Origin: Frankiales bacterium
Lineage (GTDB): Bacteria; Actinomycetota; Actinomycetes; Mycobacteriales; SCTD01
Direction of reading: 5' to 3'
Assembly (NCBI GenBank): GCA_043732345.1
Contig: JAYTHS010000553.1
Span: 1 to 51,751, forward strand
Length of the DNA: 51,751 bases
Shown here one piece after another: positions 28,282 to 38,165 of the stretch; within the stretch, counting starts at the first letter, position 1; every line of letters starts with the position of its first letter. The notes under the pieces are model-generated. The model searched no databases, was not told the DNA's origin, and saw nothing but the letters and a program-made list of their open reading frames with translations. A program made the translations under genes and the position numbers.

Positions 28282-28992
28282 CTAGTGGCCCATCCCGAGC
28301 CCACCGTCCACGGGCAGGACCGCACCGGTGACGTAGGCGGAGGCGTCGGAGGCGAGGAAGCCGATGACGGCGGCGATCTCCTCCGGCGCCGCGGTCCGGC
28401 CCAGCGGGATGGTGCCGAGCAGCTCGGCCCGCCGGGCCTCGGTGAGCTCGGCGGTCATGTCGGTGTCGACGAAGCCGGGTGCGACCACGTTGGCGGTGAT
28501 GGACCGCGACCCCAGCTCACGGGCCAACGACCGGGACAGCCCCACCAGCCCCGCCTTCGACGCGGCGTAGTTGGCCTGGCCGGCTCCGCCCGACAGGCCA
28601 ACGACGCTGCTGACGAAGACCAGCCTGCCCCAGCGGGCCTTGAGCATCCCCCGGGACGCGCGCTTGGCAACCCGGAAGGCGGCGGTGAGGTTGGCGTCGA
28701 GAACCGAGGTGAACGAGGCCTCGCTCATCCGCAGCAGCAGCTGGTCATCGGTGATGCCGGCGTTGCTCACGACCACCTCGACCGGCCCCTGCGCGGCCTC
28801 GACCTCGGTGAACGCCGCATCCACCTCCGCGCTCGAGGTCACATCGCACCGGACGGCGAGCAGCCCCTCGGGCGGGGCTGACCGGTAGGTCACGGCAACC
28901 CGGTGGCCCTGCTCGGCAAGCAGCCGGGCCGTCGCGAGGCCGATGCCCCGGCTGCCTCCGGTCACCAGGACCGAGCGTCCAGTGGTGCTCAC
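28282..28992 (-). CDS. fabG: 3-oxoacyl-ACP reductase (FabG/MabA-like SDR)
   Basis: TGGSRGIG cofactor motif, NAG, catalytic S...YAASKAG. Shares the VTYRS...CDVTS pattern of MabA-type FabG. Confidence 0.88.
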   Translation of the reverse strand: MSTTGRSVLVTGGSRGIGLATARLLAEQGHRVAVTYRSAPPEGLLAVRCDVTSSAEVDAAFTEVEAAQGPVEVVVSNAGITDDQLLLRMSEASFTSVLDANLTAAFRVAKRASRGMLKARWGRLVFVSSVVGLSGGAGQANYAASKAGLVGLSRSLARELGSRSITANVVAPGFVDTDMTAELTEARRAELLGTIPLGRTAAPEEIAAVIGFLASDASAYVTGAVLPVDGGLGMGH

Positions 28993-29085
28993 AGCTACTC
29001 CAGGTCGTCAGGGCCGGCCACGGACAGGGACGGCAGGTCGGCGTGCACGCAGGGCATGGTGCCGCACCCCTCGTAGGCTCAGGAC

Positions 29086-29337
29086 GTGGCTGCCCCGGAC
29101 GACCTGCACGAACGCCTGCTGGAACTAAGCGCCCAGACCCTGGAGGTCGGGCCCGACCAGCTCACCGCCGAGGCGCTGCTCAACGACGACCTGGGGATCG
29201 ACAGCCTGGCGGCGATCGAGTGGGGCATGACCATCGAGGACGCCTTCGGGGTGGTCATCCCCGAGCAGGCATGGGTCGACGTCACGACGTACGGCGCGGT
29301 CGAGGACCTGGTCCGTCGTCAGCTGGCCAGCGCATGA
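29086..29337 (+). CDS. acyl carrier protein (extra copy 2)
   Basis: 83 aa. GTG start preceded by tcAGGAc. Site LNDDLGIDSLAAIEWGMTIEDAFG. The stop overlaps the KS start as ATGA. Confidence 0.8.
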   Translation: MAAPDDLHERLLELSAQTLEVGPDQLTAEALLNDDLGIDSLAAIEWGMTIEDAFGVVIPEQAWVDVTTYGAVEDLVRRQLASA

Positions 29338-30512
29338 GGGCCCGGCCGGCTCCGCGCCGGGTCGTCGTCACCGGCATCGGGGTGGTCTCCCCGGCAGGCA
29401 CCGGGCTGAAGGCCTTCTGGACGGGTCTGCGGACGCAGCCCCCGCTGCGCCGTCAGCGCGAGGTCATCGACTTCGATGCCGGCAGCTGGCTGACAGGCAA
29501 GGAGCAGCGGCACCACGACCGCTTCACGCACTTCGCGATCGCCGCGGCGCAGATGGCGGTCGAGCACGCAGGCGGGCTGCCGGCGGTCGAGCCCACCCGG
29601 GCCGGGGTGAGCCTGGGCACCGGCATCGGAGGGGTCGGGACCCTCGAGACCCAGGTCGCGGTGCTGGCCGAGCGCGGCCCGGGTCGCGTCTCCCCCTTCA
29701 CGATCCCGATGGTCATGCCCAACGCGGGCGCAGCCGCAGTCGCCCTGCGGCTGGGCTGGCAGGGGCCATGCGAGACGCTCACGACTGCCTGTGCCGCAGG
29801 CACTCACAGCATCGGCGCGGGTGCTCGCCTGATCGCGGACGGACGCTGCGACCTGGTCCTGGCCGGCGGAGCCGAGAGCTCGATGACCCCCACCACGGTC
29901 GCGGCGTTCACCAAGATGACCGCCCTGTCCGAGACCGGGCTGTCGCGGCCCTTCGACATCGACCGGGACGGTTTCTGCATCGCCGAAGGAGCCGCCGTAC
30001 TGCTGCTGGAGGACCGTGACAGCGCCCTGGCGCGCGGTGCCCACGTCTACGGCGAGGTCGCGGGGGCGGCGTCGACCTGCGACGCCCACCACATCACCGC
30101 TCCCAGCCCGGGCGGGGTCGGCGCGGCAGCCTGCATGCGGATGGCGATCGACGACGCCGGGCTCGTCCCGGCCGACGTCCGGCACGTCAACGCGCACGGC
30201 ACCTCGACCCCGCTGAACGACCAGGCCGAGGCGCAGGCCGTCGCGACGGTCTTCGGACCCGGCGCCGTGCCCGTGACCAGCATCAAGGGCGTGACCGGTC
30301 ACGGGCTCGGGGCGGCCGGGGCGCTGGAGGCCGCTGCCGTCCTGCTGTCCTTCGCGCACCGGGAGCTTCCGCCCACGATGGGCACCAGCGTCGTCGACCC
30401 GTCCCTCGAGATCGACGTCGTGCTCGAGCCCCGGGCGTGGGAGCCCGGCCCGACGGTGAGCAACAGCTTCGGCTTCGGCGGTCACAACGGCTCGCTGGTG
30501 CTGGTCCCGTGA
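29334..30512 (+). CDS. beta-ketoacyl-ACP synthase I/II type (extra KS with Cys-His-His triad)
   Basis: ORF 29043..30512, start re-set to ATG 29334 (MRARPAPRRVVVTGIGVVSP). Active-site TTACAAGTHSIG, DAHHITAP, VNAHGTSTPLND, SFGFGGHN. Confidence 0.9.
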   Translation: MRARPAPRRVVVTGIGVVSPAGTGLKAFWTGLRTQPPLRRQREVIDFDAGSWLTGKEQRHHDRFTHFAIAAAQMAVEHAGGLPAVEPTRAGVSLGTGIGGVGTLETQVAVLAERGPGRVSPFTIPMVMPNAGAAAVALRLGWQGPCETLTTACAAGTHSIGAGARLIADGRCDLVLAGGAESSMTPTTVAAFTKMTALSETGLSRPFDIDRDGFCIAEGAAVLLLEDRDSALARGAHVYGEVAGAASTCDAHHITAPSPGGVGAAACMRMAIDDAGLVPADVRHVNAHGTSTPLNDQAEAQAVATVFGPGAVPVTSIKGVTGHGLGAAGALEAAAVLLSFAHRELPPTMGTSVVDPSLEIDVVLEPRAWEPGPTVSNSFGFGGHNGSLVLVP

Positions 30513-31285
30513 CCGCTGACCTCGCCCTCGCGCACCAGCTCGCCGACGTTGCCGACGCGATCACGCTGGACCGCTTCCGGGCCCTGGACCTCGACGTGAC
30601 CGCCAAGCCCGACCTGACCCCGGTCAGCGACGCCGACCTGGCCGTCGAGGCGGCGCTGCGGGCCCTGCTGGCCACCGAGCGCCCCGGCGACGCCGTTCTG
30701 GGCGAGGAGCACGGGGTGACCGGTGACGGCCCGCGCCGGTGGGTCGTCGACCCCGTCGACGGGACGAAGAACTTCGTCCGCGGCGTACCGGTGTGGGCCA
30801 CGCTGATCGCGCTGCAGATCGACGGTGTCGTCGAGATCGGGGTCGTCAGCGCCCCCGCCCTCGGACGCCGCTGGTGGGCCGCCCGCGGCCAGGGCGCCTT
30901 TGCCGGACCGTCGTACGACGCGGGGACGCGGCTCACGGTCAGCGGGGTCGCAGACCTCGGCGACGCGCACCTGAGCTACAGCTCGCTGAGCGGCTGGGAG
31001 GAGCAGGGTCGGCTGTCCGGGCTGCTCTCGCTGTCACGGGACTGCTGGCGCACCAGGGCTTTCGGTGACTTCTGGTCGCACGTGCTCGTGGCCGAGGGGG
31101 CCGTCGACGCCTCGTTCGAGCCGGAGGTGTCGCTGTGGGACCTGGCCGCCCTGCAGGTCGTCGTCGAGGAGGCCGGCGGGACCTTCACCGATCTTTCTGG
31201 TCGCCCCACCCCCGACGGTGGGAGCGTGGTCTGCAGCAATGGCCTGCTGCACCAGACCGTCCTGTCACGCCTGGAGGCGAGATGA
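30509..31285 (+). CDS. hisN: histidinol-phosphatase, inositol monophosphatase family (HisN)
   Basis: Start GTG 30509 (GTGA overlap with the KS stop). Near-colinear with the actinobacterial HisN pattern: ITLDRF...KPDLTPVSDADLAVE...GEE...WVVDPVDGTKNFVRGVPVWATLIAL...SAPALGRRWWA...GDFWSHVLVAEGAVD...EPEVSLWDLAAL. Confidence 0.85.
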   Translation: MTADLALAHQLADVADAITLDRFRALDLDVTAKPDLTPVSDADLAVEAALRALLATERPGDAVLGEEHGVTGDGPRRWVVDPVDGTKNFVRGVPVWATLIALQIDGVVEIGVVSAPALGRRWWAARGQGAFAGPSYDAGTRLTVSGVADLGDAHLSYSSLSGWEEQGRLSGLLSLSRDCWRTRAFGDFWSHVLVAEGAVDASFEPEVSLWDLAALQVVVEEAGGTFTDLSGRPTPDGGSVVCSNGLLHQTVLSRLEAR

Positions 31286-31851
31286 CCACCCTGACCGACC
31301 GCCCGCGCGCCGCCCTGCTTGTCGTCGACGTCCAGAACGACGTCGTCGCGCAGGCCCACGACCGGGACGGAGTCGTCGGACGCATCGCCGACCTCGTCGA
31401 CCGGGCCAGGGCCGCGCACGTCCCCGTCGTGTGGGTCCAGCACGCCGACGGTGGCCTGCCCACCGGGACGGCCGGGTGGGAGCTCGTCCCCGAGCTGGTG
31501 CCGGCGGACGGCGAGCCCGTCGTGCACAAGGGGTACGGCGACTCCTTCGAGGACACCGACCTCGAGAGCGTCCTCGCGCAGCGGGGCGTGGGGCACCTGG
31601 TGGTGACGGGCGCGCAGACCGACATGTGCATCCGGTCGACCCTGCACGGGGCGATCACGCGCGGCTACGACGCGACGCTGGTGGCTGATGCGCACACCAC
31701 CGAGGACCTCAGCTCCGAGGGTGCCCCAACGCCGGACCTCGTCATCGCCCACACCAACCTGTACTGGGAGCACCACCGGGCCCCTGGCCGCACCGGCGGG
31801 ACGGTGCAGTCAGCCGACGTCGCCTTCGACACAAACAGTCCGCAGCAGTGA
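31282..31851 (+). CDS. isochorismatase-family cysteine hydrolase
   Basis: Start ATG 31282 (ATGA overlap). ALLVVDVQND, ...K...SFEDTDL, VVTGAQTDMCIRST catalytic Cys. Confidence 0.85.
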   Translation: MTTLTDRPRAALLVVDVQNDVVAQAHDRDGVVGRIADLVDRARAAHVPVVWVQHADGGLPTGTAGWELVPELVPADGEPVVHKGYGDSFEDTDLESVLAQRGVGHLVVTGAQTDMCIRSTLHGAITRGYDATLVADAHTTEDLSSEGAPTPDLVIAHTNLYWEHHRAPGRTGGTVQSADVAFDTNSPQQ

Positions 31852-32648
31852 CGACCGGGGCGCCGCGTCGTACGGTCCTGGGCACCGCACTCCGAGGAGC
31901 CCTCGTGCGCCGTTGCCTGTTGGTTTGGCCCTTTCTGTCGCTGCTGTGGGCCTCACCGGCCCTGGCCATCACCAACGGCGCCCCCGACGGCGCGGCGCAC
32001 CCGCAGGTCGGGGGCCTGGTCGCCGACCACGCCTACTCCGACGGCACCTGGCTCTACTGCTCCGGCACCTTGATCAGCCCGACCGTCTTCCTGACGGCGG
32101 CGCACTGCGCCGAGACGACGCGCGTGCGGGTGTCGTTCTCCTCGGCCTACCAAGACGGGGACACGACGTACAGCGGCACGTTCCACGGCGACCCGGCGTA
32201 CAACCAGACGCAGAGCGACCCGCACGACATCGCCGTCGTCGAGCTCGACAAGGCTGTCAAGGGCATCATCCCGGCCTTGCTGCCCAAGGCCGGATCCTTG
32301 GGCGCTCTGCCTGCCACGCAGCAGTTCACGAGCGTGGGGTACGGCGCCTACCAGGTCAGCCAGGGCCCGGGAGGCCACGGCTTCCTCTACAACGACGTCC
32401 GCGGGGTCGCGACCGGGACGCTCAACGCCACCAACTCGGCGTGGCTGCGGGTCTCGATGAACCCCTCCACCGACAACGGCGGCACCTGCTACGGCGACTC
32501 CGGCGGTCCGAACTTCCTCGGCACCTCCACCGTCATCGCCGCGACCACGATCACCGGCGACGCGATCTGCCGCAGCACCAACGTCGACTACCGCCTGGAC
32601 ACCCCGTCCGCCCGGACGTTCCTGGCCCCGTACGTCGCCCTGCCCTGA
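31848..32648 (+). CDS. secreted trypsin-like serine protease (S1 family)
   Basis: GTG start overlapping the previous stop as GTGA. Signal peptide ...LSLLWASPALA. Triad LTAAHC / DIAVVEL / CYGDSGGP. Confidence 0.85.
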   Translation: MTTGAPRRTVLGTALRGALVRRCLLVWPFLSLLWASPALAITNGAPDGAAHPQVGGLVADHAYSDGTWLYCSGTLISPTVFLTAAHCAETTRVRVSFSSAYQDGDTTYSGTFHGDPAYNQTQSDPHDIAVVELDKAVKGIIPALLPKAGSLGALPATQQFTSVGYGAYQVSQGPGGHGFLYNDVRGVATGTLNATNSAWLRVSMNPSTDNGGTCYGDSGGPNFLGTSTVIAATTITGDAICRSTNVDYRLDTPSARTFLAPYVALP

Positions 32649-32666
32649 CCTGGTCGAGGCCCACTG

Positions 32667-33353
32667 TCAGGCGTCGACGCGGGCCCGCCGGGCGTCGTAC
32701 CACCGCAGCAGGACGGGCGTGAGGGCCAGCGCTGCGGCGTCGAACCACGCGTAACCGCCGGCGATCCCGCTCGGCGGGTTGCCGATCGCGATCAGGCCGG
32801 TCGGGTCGTGCGTGGACCAGCGCCAGGTCCCGAGCGTCGTCCCGACGACCTCGAGGTAGGACACCACCAGGAACGCGCCCGCGTAGACGAGCCGGCTGCG
32901 ACCCCACCGGCTGAAGACCAGCAGGCACCCGAACCAGAACGCCCCCAGGACGTCGAGCTGCGGCGAGAACGCCAGTCCCCAGACCGCCCAAGCCCCGCAG
33001 GTGACCAGCGTGGCCGCGGTCAAGACAGGAGCGTGCTCCCTCGCCCACGCCGAACGACCGATGCCCAAGGCCGCGAGGTAGACCAGGCCGTGCCCCGGCG
33101 GGACGAACGCCGGGATGTTGTGCAGGCGGTAGACGTAGACGTCAAGGCCCCCCGAGAAGACGTACTCGACCAGGGTCGCGAAGGCCACAACGACGGCGAC
33201 CTGCACCCGTGTCGCCCGGTTCTCCCTGCGCAGCAGGGTGAGCAGCAGCAGCCAGGTTCCCAGACCGATAAGCCGCTGCTGGCCCAGCGTCGCACCGGTG
33301 TCCAGGCCGAGGGCGACCGCGACCCACGCGACGACGGTGAGCGGCAGGAGCAC
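32667..33353 (-). CDS. integral membrane protein of unknown function
   Basis: 228 aa, about 7 hydrophobic helices, high GC3. GTG start 15 nt after the msrA stop. Confidence 0.6.
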   Translation of the reverse strand: MLLPLTVVAWVAVALGLDTGATLGQQRLIGLGTWLLLLTLLRRENRATRVQVAVVVAFATLVEYVFSGGLDVYVYRLHNIPAFVPPGHGLVYLAALGIGRSAWAREHAPVLTAATLVTCGAWAVWGLAFSPQLDVLGAFWFGCLLVFSRWGRSRLVYAGAFLVVSYLEVVGTTLGTWRWSTHDPTGLIAIGNPPSGIAGGYAWFDAAALALTPVLLRWYDARRARVDA

Positions 33354-33368
33354 GGGAGCAACGATGCC

Positions 33369-34046
33369 CTAGCTGCGGGGCGGGGCCACGTCGATCTGCG
33401 CCGGGACGGCGAGCCCGACGGGGCAGGAGACGCCGTTGAAGCCGTGGTTGCAGTAACCACCGGGGTTCTTGAACAGGTACTGCTGGTGGTAGGCCTCGGC
33501 GTAGAAGAAGGGCCCGGCCGGCAGCACCTCGGTGGTGATGCTGCCCTTGCCCGCAGCGGTCAGCGCCGCCTGGTAGGCCTCGCGGGACGCCTTCGCCGTC
33601 ACGAGCTGCGCATCACTGGTCGTGTAGACCGCCGAGCGGTACTGCGTGCCCTGGTCGTTGCCCTGCCGCATCCCCTGCGTCGGGTCGTGGTTCTCCCAGA
33701 ACAGGACAAGCAGCGCCTCTAGGGAGGTGACGCGGGGGTCGTAGACGACCTGGACCGCCTCGGTGTGGCCGGTCCGCCCAGTGCAGGCCTCCTCGTACGT
33801 CGGGTTCGGGGTGTGCCCCCCTGCGTAGCCGGCCGCCGTGCTGATGACCCCGGGGGCATGCCAGAAGATCCGCTCGGCGCCCCAGAAGCAGCCCATCCCG
33901 ACGTACACCGTCTCAAGGGGCGGCGCGAAGGGACCGGTGAGGCCCGCGTCGAGCACCTCGTGGTGGGCCGGGACCGCCATCGGGGTGGGCCGGCCCGGCA
34001 GCGCCTCGTCCGCGGTCGGGAGGTCGGTCTTGCGCAGGAAGGAGAA
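33369..34046 (-). CDS. msrA: peptide-methionine (S)-S-oxide reductase MsrA
   Basis: ORF 33369..34622, start re-set to ATG 34046 ([10 protein letters not shown]). Active site GMGCFWGAE. ...GYAGG.T.NPTYEE...[12 protein letters not shown]... Confidence 0.92.
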   Translation of the reverse strand, partial: FSFLRKTDLPTADEALPGRPTPMAVPAHHEVLDAGLTGPFAPPLETVYVGMGCFWGAERIFWHAPGVISTAAGYAGGHTPNPTYEEACTGRTGHTEAVQVVYDPRVTSLEALLVLFWENHDPTQGMRQGNDQGTQYRSAVYTTSDAQLVTAKASREAYQAALTAAGKGSITTEVLPAGPFFYAEAYHQQYLFKNPGGYCNHGFNGVSCPVGLAVPAQIDVAPPRS

Positions 34047-34099
34047 CATGCCATGGACAACCGCCAGAGCGGGCGAGGCGTTCCCGCTCACCCGCACCG

Positions 34100-35461
34100 T
34101 CACGAGGCGGGGAACAGCACCCCGGGGTTGAGCAGACCTGTCGGGTCCAGCGCCGCCTTGACGGCCCGCATCGCGGCGATCTCGACGGGTGAGCGCGACA
34201 GCTGCAGCCAGGCGGCCTTGGCCCGCCCGACCCCGTGCTCGCTGCTGATCGAGCCCTCCAGCGACGCCACCAGCCGCAGGACCGCCTCGGTGACCTGCTC
34301 GTGCAGCTCGCCGGTGTCCAGGACGTTGACGTGCAGGTTTCCCTCGTTGACGTGGCCGAAGACGATCGGCCGGGCTCCCGGGCAGACGCCGAGGATGGCG
34401 GGCTCCAGGCCGGCGACTAGGGCGGGCAGGGAGGCGGTGGGCACCGAGACGTCGAGCTTGACCGGGACGCCCTGCGCGCTGATCGCCTCGGTGTGCATCT
34501 CGCGGTAGGCCCACAGCGCCCGCTGGCCCGCGGCGTCGTCGGCGACCCGGGCGTCGACCAGGCCCGGCGCCTCCCCGACGGCTTCGACGAGCTGGGCCGT
34601 CGGGTCGTGGCGGTCCGAGCACTCCAGCAGCAGGTAGGCGGGGTGGTCCTCCGGGAACGGCGCCGGCAGCCCGCCGTGGGCGCGGACCAGGGCGAGGCCG
34701 GGCGCGTAGAACAGCTCTGCCGCCGACAGCGAGGGCAGCGCCTCGCGCAGCCCTGGCAGCAGGGCCACGGCCGCCTCGGTCGAGTCCATCGCGAGCAGCG
34801 CGACGGCCCGTGACCGCATTCGCGGCACCAGGCGCAGGCGTACGGCGGTGACGACCGCCAGCGTGCCCTCCGACCCGGCGAGCAGGCCGACCAGGTCGTA
34901 GCCCGTGCCGTCCTTGGCCAGGCCCGCCATCCGGGACAGCACAGAGCCGTCGGCCAGCACGGCCTCCAGACCGACGATCTGGGCCCGCATCGAGCCGTAG
35001 CGCAGCACCCGGATACCGCCGGCGTTGGTGGCGACGAGCCCCCCGACCGTCGCGGAGTCACGAGCTGCGAGGTCCACCCCGACGTCGAGGTCCACGGCGC
35101 GGGCATGTGCCTGCAGCGCAGCAAGAGTCACGCCAGCCCCGGCGGTGACCTGGCCGGCGGCCCGGTCGACCTCACCCAGGTCGGTCAGCCGGGTCAGCGA
35201 TAGCACGACCTCTCCCCCGGCGGGCACGGCGCCACCGACCAGCGAGGTGTTACCGCCCTGCACGACGACCCCGACGCCGGCGGCGCCGCAGGCGCGCAGG
35301 ACACCCGCGACCTGCTCCGTCGCACGGGGGCGGACGACGGCGATCGCGCGACCGGTGAACCGCCCCGTCCAGTCGGTCTCGTAGGACGACTTGAGGTCGT
35401 CCTCGACCAGCACGTGCTCGGCCCCGGCGACGGCCCGCAGCGCCTCGAGCAGGCCCGTCAC
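34100..35461 (-). CDS. FAD-linked oxidase (GlcD / D-lactate dehydrogenase-like)
   Basis: ORF 34100..36400, start re-set to GTG 35461 (GTGA overlap with the serA stop). FAD_binding_4 motifs [13 protein letters not shown], ...ATNAGG.R..RYG..R. C-terminal ...[10 protein letters not shown]... Confidence 0.85.
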   Translation of the reverse strand: MTGLLEALRAVAGAEHVLVEDDLKSSYETDWTGRFTGRAIAVVRPRATEQVAGVLRACGAAGVGVVVQGGNTSLVGGAVPAGGEVVLSLTRLTDLGEVDRAAGQVTAGAGVTLAALQAHARAVDLDVGVDLAARDSATVGGLVATNAGGIRVLRYGSMRAQIVGLEAVLADGSVLSRMAGLAKDGTGYDLVGLLAGSEGTLAVVTAVRLRLVPRMRSRAVALLAMDSTEAAVALLPGLREALPSLSAAELFYAPGLALVRAHGGLPAPFPEDHPAYLLLECSDRHDPTAQLVEAVGEAPGLVDARVADDAAGQRALWAYREMHTEAISAQGVPVKLDVSVPTASLPALVAGLEPAILGVCPGARPIVFGHVNEGNLHVNVLDTGELHEQVTEAVLRLVASLEGSISSEHGVGRAKAAWLQLSRSPVEIAAMRAVKAALDPTGLLNPGVLFPAS

Positions 35462-36672
35462 CGCAGGACCCGCAACCGAACCGTCTCGGGCAGGGCGGTC
35501 AGCGCGGTGACGACGTCGACGTCGCAGCCGGTGGAGATGTCGGTGACGACGAAGCCGAACGAGCCGCGAGTCGACAGCAGCTGGCCCTCGATGTTGACGC
35601 CGTGCTCGGCCAGCAGGCCGTTCACGGTCGCAAGGACTCCGGGGGTGTTGACGTGCAGGTGCAGCAGCCGGGTCTGGCCGGGCTCGCGGGGCAGCGCGAC
35701 GGCGGGCAGGTTGACGGATAGGGAGGTGCTGCCGTCTTGCACGTAGTCGCGCAGCTTGCCGGCGACGAAGTGGCCGATGTCCTGCTGGGCCTCCTCCGTC
35801 GACCCGCCGACGTGCGGGGTGAGGATGACGTTGGGCAGCCCGCGCAGGACCGAGACGAACTCCTCGCCCGTGGTCTTGGGCTCCACGGGGAACACGTCGA
35901 CGGCCGCACCCGCGATGTGTCCGGACAGGACGTGCTCGCGGAGCGCCTCGTGGTCGACGACGAAGCCGCGCGAGAGGTTGAGGAAGACGCTGCCCGGCCG
36001 CATCCGGGCAAACTGCTCCTCGCCGAAGATGCCGCTGTTGCTGGACCGCCCGTCGACGTGCAGCGACACGACGTCGCACTCGGCCAGCAGCTCGTCCAGG
36101 GTGCCGCACCGACGCGCGTTGCCCAGCGCCAGCCGGTCGGCGGTGTCGTAGAACAGGACCCGCATGCCGAGCGACTCGGCGAGCACCGACAGCTGGCTGC
36201 CGATGTTGCCGTAGCCGACGATGCCGAGCCTGCGCCCACGCACCTCGTGGCTGCCGACGGCGGACTTGTCCCAGACCCCAGCGTGCATGTCGGTGTTCTT
36301 GTCGGTCAGCCGGCGGGTCAGCGCGATCAACTCGGAGATCGCGAGCTCGACGACGCTGCGGGTGTTGGAGAAGGGAGCATTGAAGACCGCGACGCCGCAC
36401 TGTGAGGCGGAATCGAGGTCGATCTGGTTGGTCCCGATGCAGAACGCACCGACAGCGAGCAGGTCGGCGCCGGCGACGAGGGCCTTCTCGGTGAGCTGGG
36501 TGTTGGAGCGCAGGCCGAGCACGTGTACCCCGGCGATCCGTTCGAGCAGCTCGGCCTCTCCGAGGGCGCGGTCGAGCCGCTCGACCTCGAAGCCCGCGTC
36601 ACGCAGGCAGAAGGCCGCGTCGTCATGGATGCTCTCGAGCAGCAGGGCGCGCAGACCGCTCGCCACGTCCAT
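35458..36672 (-). CDS. serA: D-3-phosphoglycerate dehydrogenase with C-terminal ACT domain
   Basis: 404 aa. GIVGYGNIGSQL, LTPHVGGST, and an ACT-like tail ...LLHLHVNTPGVLATVNGLLAEHGVNIEGQLL... Confidence 0.88.
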   Translation of the reverse strand: MDVASGLRALLLESIHDDAAFCLRDAGFEVERLDRALGEAELLERIAGVHVLGLRSNTQLTEKALVAGADLLAVGAFCIGTNQIDLDSASQCGVAVFNAPFSNTRSVVELAISELIALTRRLTDKNTDMHAGVWDKSAVGSHEVRGRRLGIVGYGNIGSQLSVLAESLGMRVLFYDTADRLALGNARRCGTLDELLAECDVVSLHVDGRSSNSGIFGEEQFARMRPGSVFLNLSRGFVVDHEALREHVLSGHIAGAAVDVFPVEPKTTGEEFVSVLRGLPNVILTPHVGGSTEEAQQDIGHFVAGKLRDYVQDGSTSLSVNLPAVALPREPGQTRLLHLHVNTPGVLATVNGLLAEHGVNIEGQLLSTRGSFGFVVTDISTGCDVDVVTALTALPETVRLRVLR

Positions 36673-36810
36673 ACCTCTTCCCCACGACGGCGGTCGCCGA
36701 CCGCTCTCGCCCCGAGGCAGAGGTTACCGGAGACAGACCCGCCAGCTCCTCTCAGGCAGGTCCCAACGGACTCACAGCATCTTCACAGCGAGCCTGGGCA
36801 CAGTGGTCGC

Positions 36811-38097
36811 ATGACTGACAACGACGCCCCCTCGAGCTCCGCGTCCTCCATGCCTGACGCGCCCTGGTGGTCCCAGCCGAACACCCAGACCCAGGTGCTG
36901 GACGAGCCCCGTCCCACCTCCCCGCCGCCGCCGGTGATCCCCCCGGCCGAGCCGGGCCGGAGACCTCGACGAGGAGGCGCCGGCCTGCTGGTGCTGGCCC
37001 TGCTCGCCGCAGGTGGCACGGGAGGTGCTGTCGTCGCGGCAGTCGACGGCAACGGGTCGTCGACCGCGGCCGCCGGCAGCCCGCTGGTCCGTGACGGCGC
37101 GGTTCTGGCGAGCAACGGGACCGCCGCCGTCGGCGGGACGCCCGAGTCGGCTGCGGCCGCCGTCGGTCCCAGCGTCGTCACGATCGAGGTCACCGGGACC
37201 TCGCAGGTGGACAACGGCTTCGGCACCCAGACCCAGCAGGTCTCCGACACCGGCTCGGGGGTGATCCTGCGGACTGACGGCTACGTGCTGACCAACAACC
37301 ACGTCGTGGCCCCGGCAGAGGGCGGCGGCTCGGTCTCGGTGACGCTCTCCGGGGGCAAGACCGTCAAGGCCAGCATCGTGGGCCACGACGCCACCAGCGA
37401 CCTGGCCGTGCTGAAGCTGGCGGAGGCCACCGGCCTGAAGGCTGCCGTCTTCGCCGACTCGGAGAAACTGAAGGTCGGCCAGGCGGTGCTCGCCGTCGGT
37501 GCCCCGCTCGGGCTGGCCAACACCGTGACGCAGGGCATCGTGTCGACGCTCCACCGGCCGGTCGCGACCGGTGAGCCCGGCGCCTCGGCGCAAGCGGTCA
37601 TCGACGCGGTCCAGACCGATGCGGCGATCAACCCGGGCAACAGCGGCGGGGCACTCGTCGACCTCGCCGGTCGGGTCGTGGGCATCAACAGCGCCATCGC
37701 CACCACGGGCAGCGGCGGCTCCGGACAGTCGGGGAACATCGGCGTCGGCTTCGCGATCCCCTCCAACGACGCGGCCCGGGTCGCCGACCAGCTCATCGCC
37801 ACGGGCCACGCGGCGCACTCGCAGATCGGTGTCTCCGTGGGCGACACGAGCCGGGGCAACCTGCCCGGCAACGGCGCGACCCTCGGAGCGGTCACGGCCG
37901 GCAGCCCGGCAGCCACCGGCGGGCTGCAGGCCGGGGACCTCGTGACGGCCATCGACGGCCGTGCCGTGACCGACGCCAACAGCCTGATCGTCGCCATCCG
38001 GTCGCACGACCCCGGCAGCACGATCACCGTCGCCTACACCCGGGGCGGCCAGGCCCGGACGGCGAAGCTCACCACGGCAAGCGCCTCCTCGGACTGA
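36811..38097 (+). CDS. htrA: HtrA/DegP-family serine protease with TM anchor and PDZ domain
   Basis: ORF 36523..38097, start re-set to ATG 36811. Pro-rich N-tail, TM LLVLALLAAGGTGGAVV. Triad TNNHV / DLAVLK / GNSGGAL. C-terminal PDZ (...GLQAGDLVTAIDGRAV...). Confidence 0.88.
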   Translation: MTDNDAPSSSASSMPDAPWWSQPNTQTQVLDEPRPTSPPPPVIPPAEPGRRPRRGGAGLLVLALLAAGGTGGAVVAAVDGNGSSTAAAGSPLVRDGAVLASNGTAAVGGTPESAAAAVGPSVVTIEVTGTSQVDNGFGTQTQQVSDTGSGVILRTDGYVLTNNHVVAPAEGGGSVSVTLSGGKTVKASIVGHDATSDLAVLKLAEATGLKAAVFADSEKLKVGQAVLAVGAPLGLANTVTQGIVSTLHRPVATGEPGASAQAVIDAVQTDAAINPGNSGGALVDLAGRVVGINSAIATTGSGGSGQSGNIGVGFAIPSNDAARVADQLIATGHAAHSQIGVSVGDTSRGNLPGNGATLGAVTAGSPAATGGLQAGDLVTAIDGRAVTDANSLIVAIRSHDPGSTITVAYTRGGQARTAKLTTASASSD

Positions 38098-38165
38098 CCG
38101 GCGGCACCCGCGACGGGGACGGTGCGCTCAGGCCCGGCCCCATCGTCCCGCCGTGCACCGAGGGC

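Noticed and set aside
33353-33371. The msrA TAG stop is in the same frame as the downstream membrane protein (5 codons apart), suggesting a readthrough fusion
   Set aside because: Same-frame adjacency has a 1-in-3 chance. The membrane protein has its own GTG start, and I saw no recoding signal.
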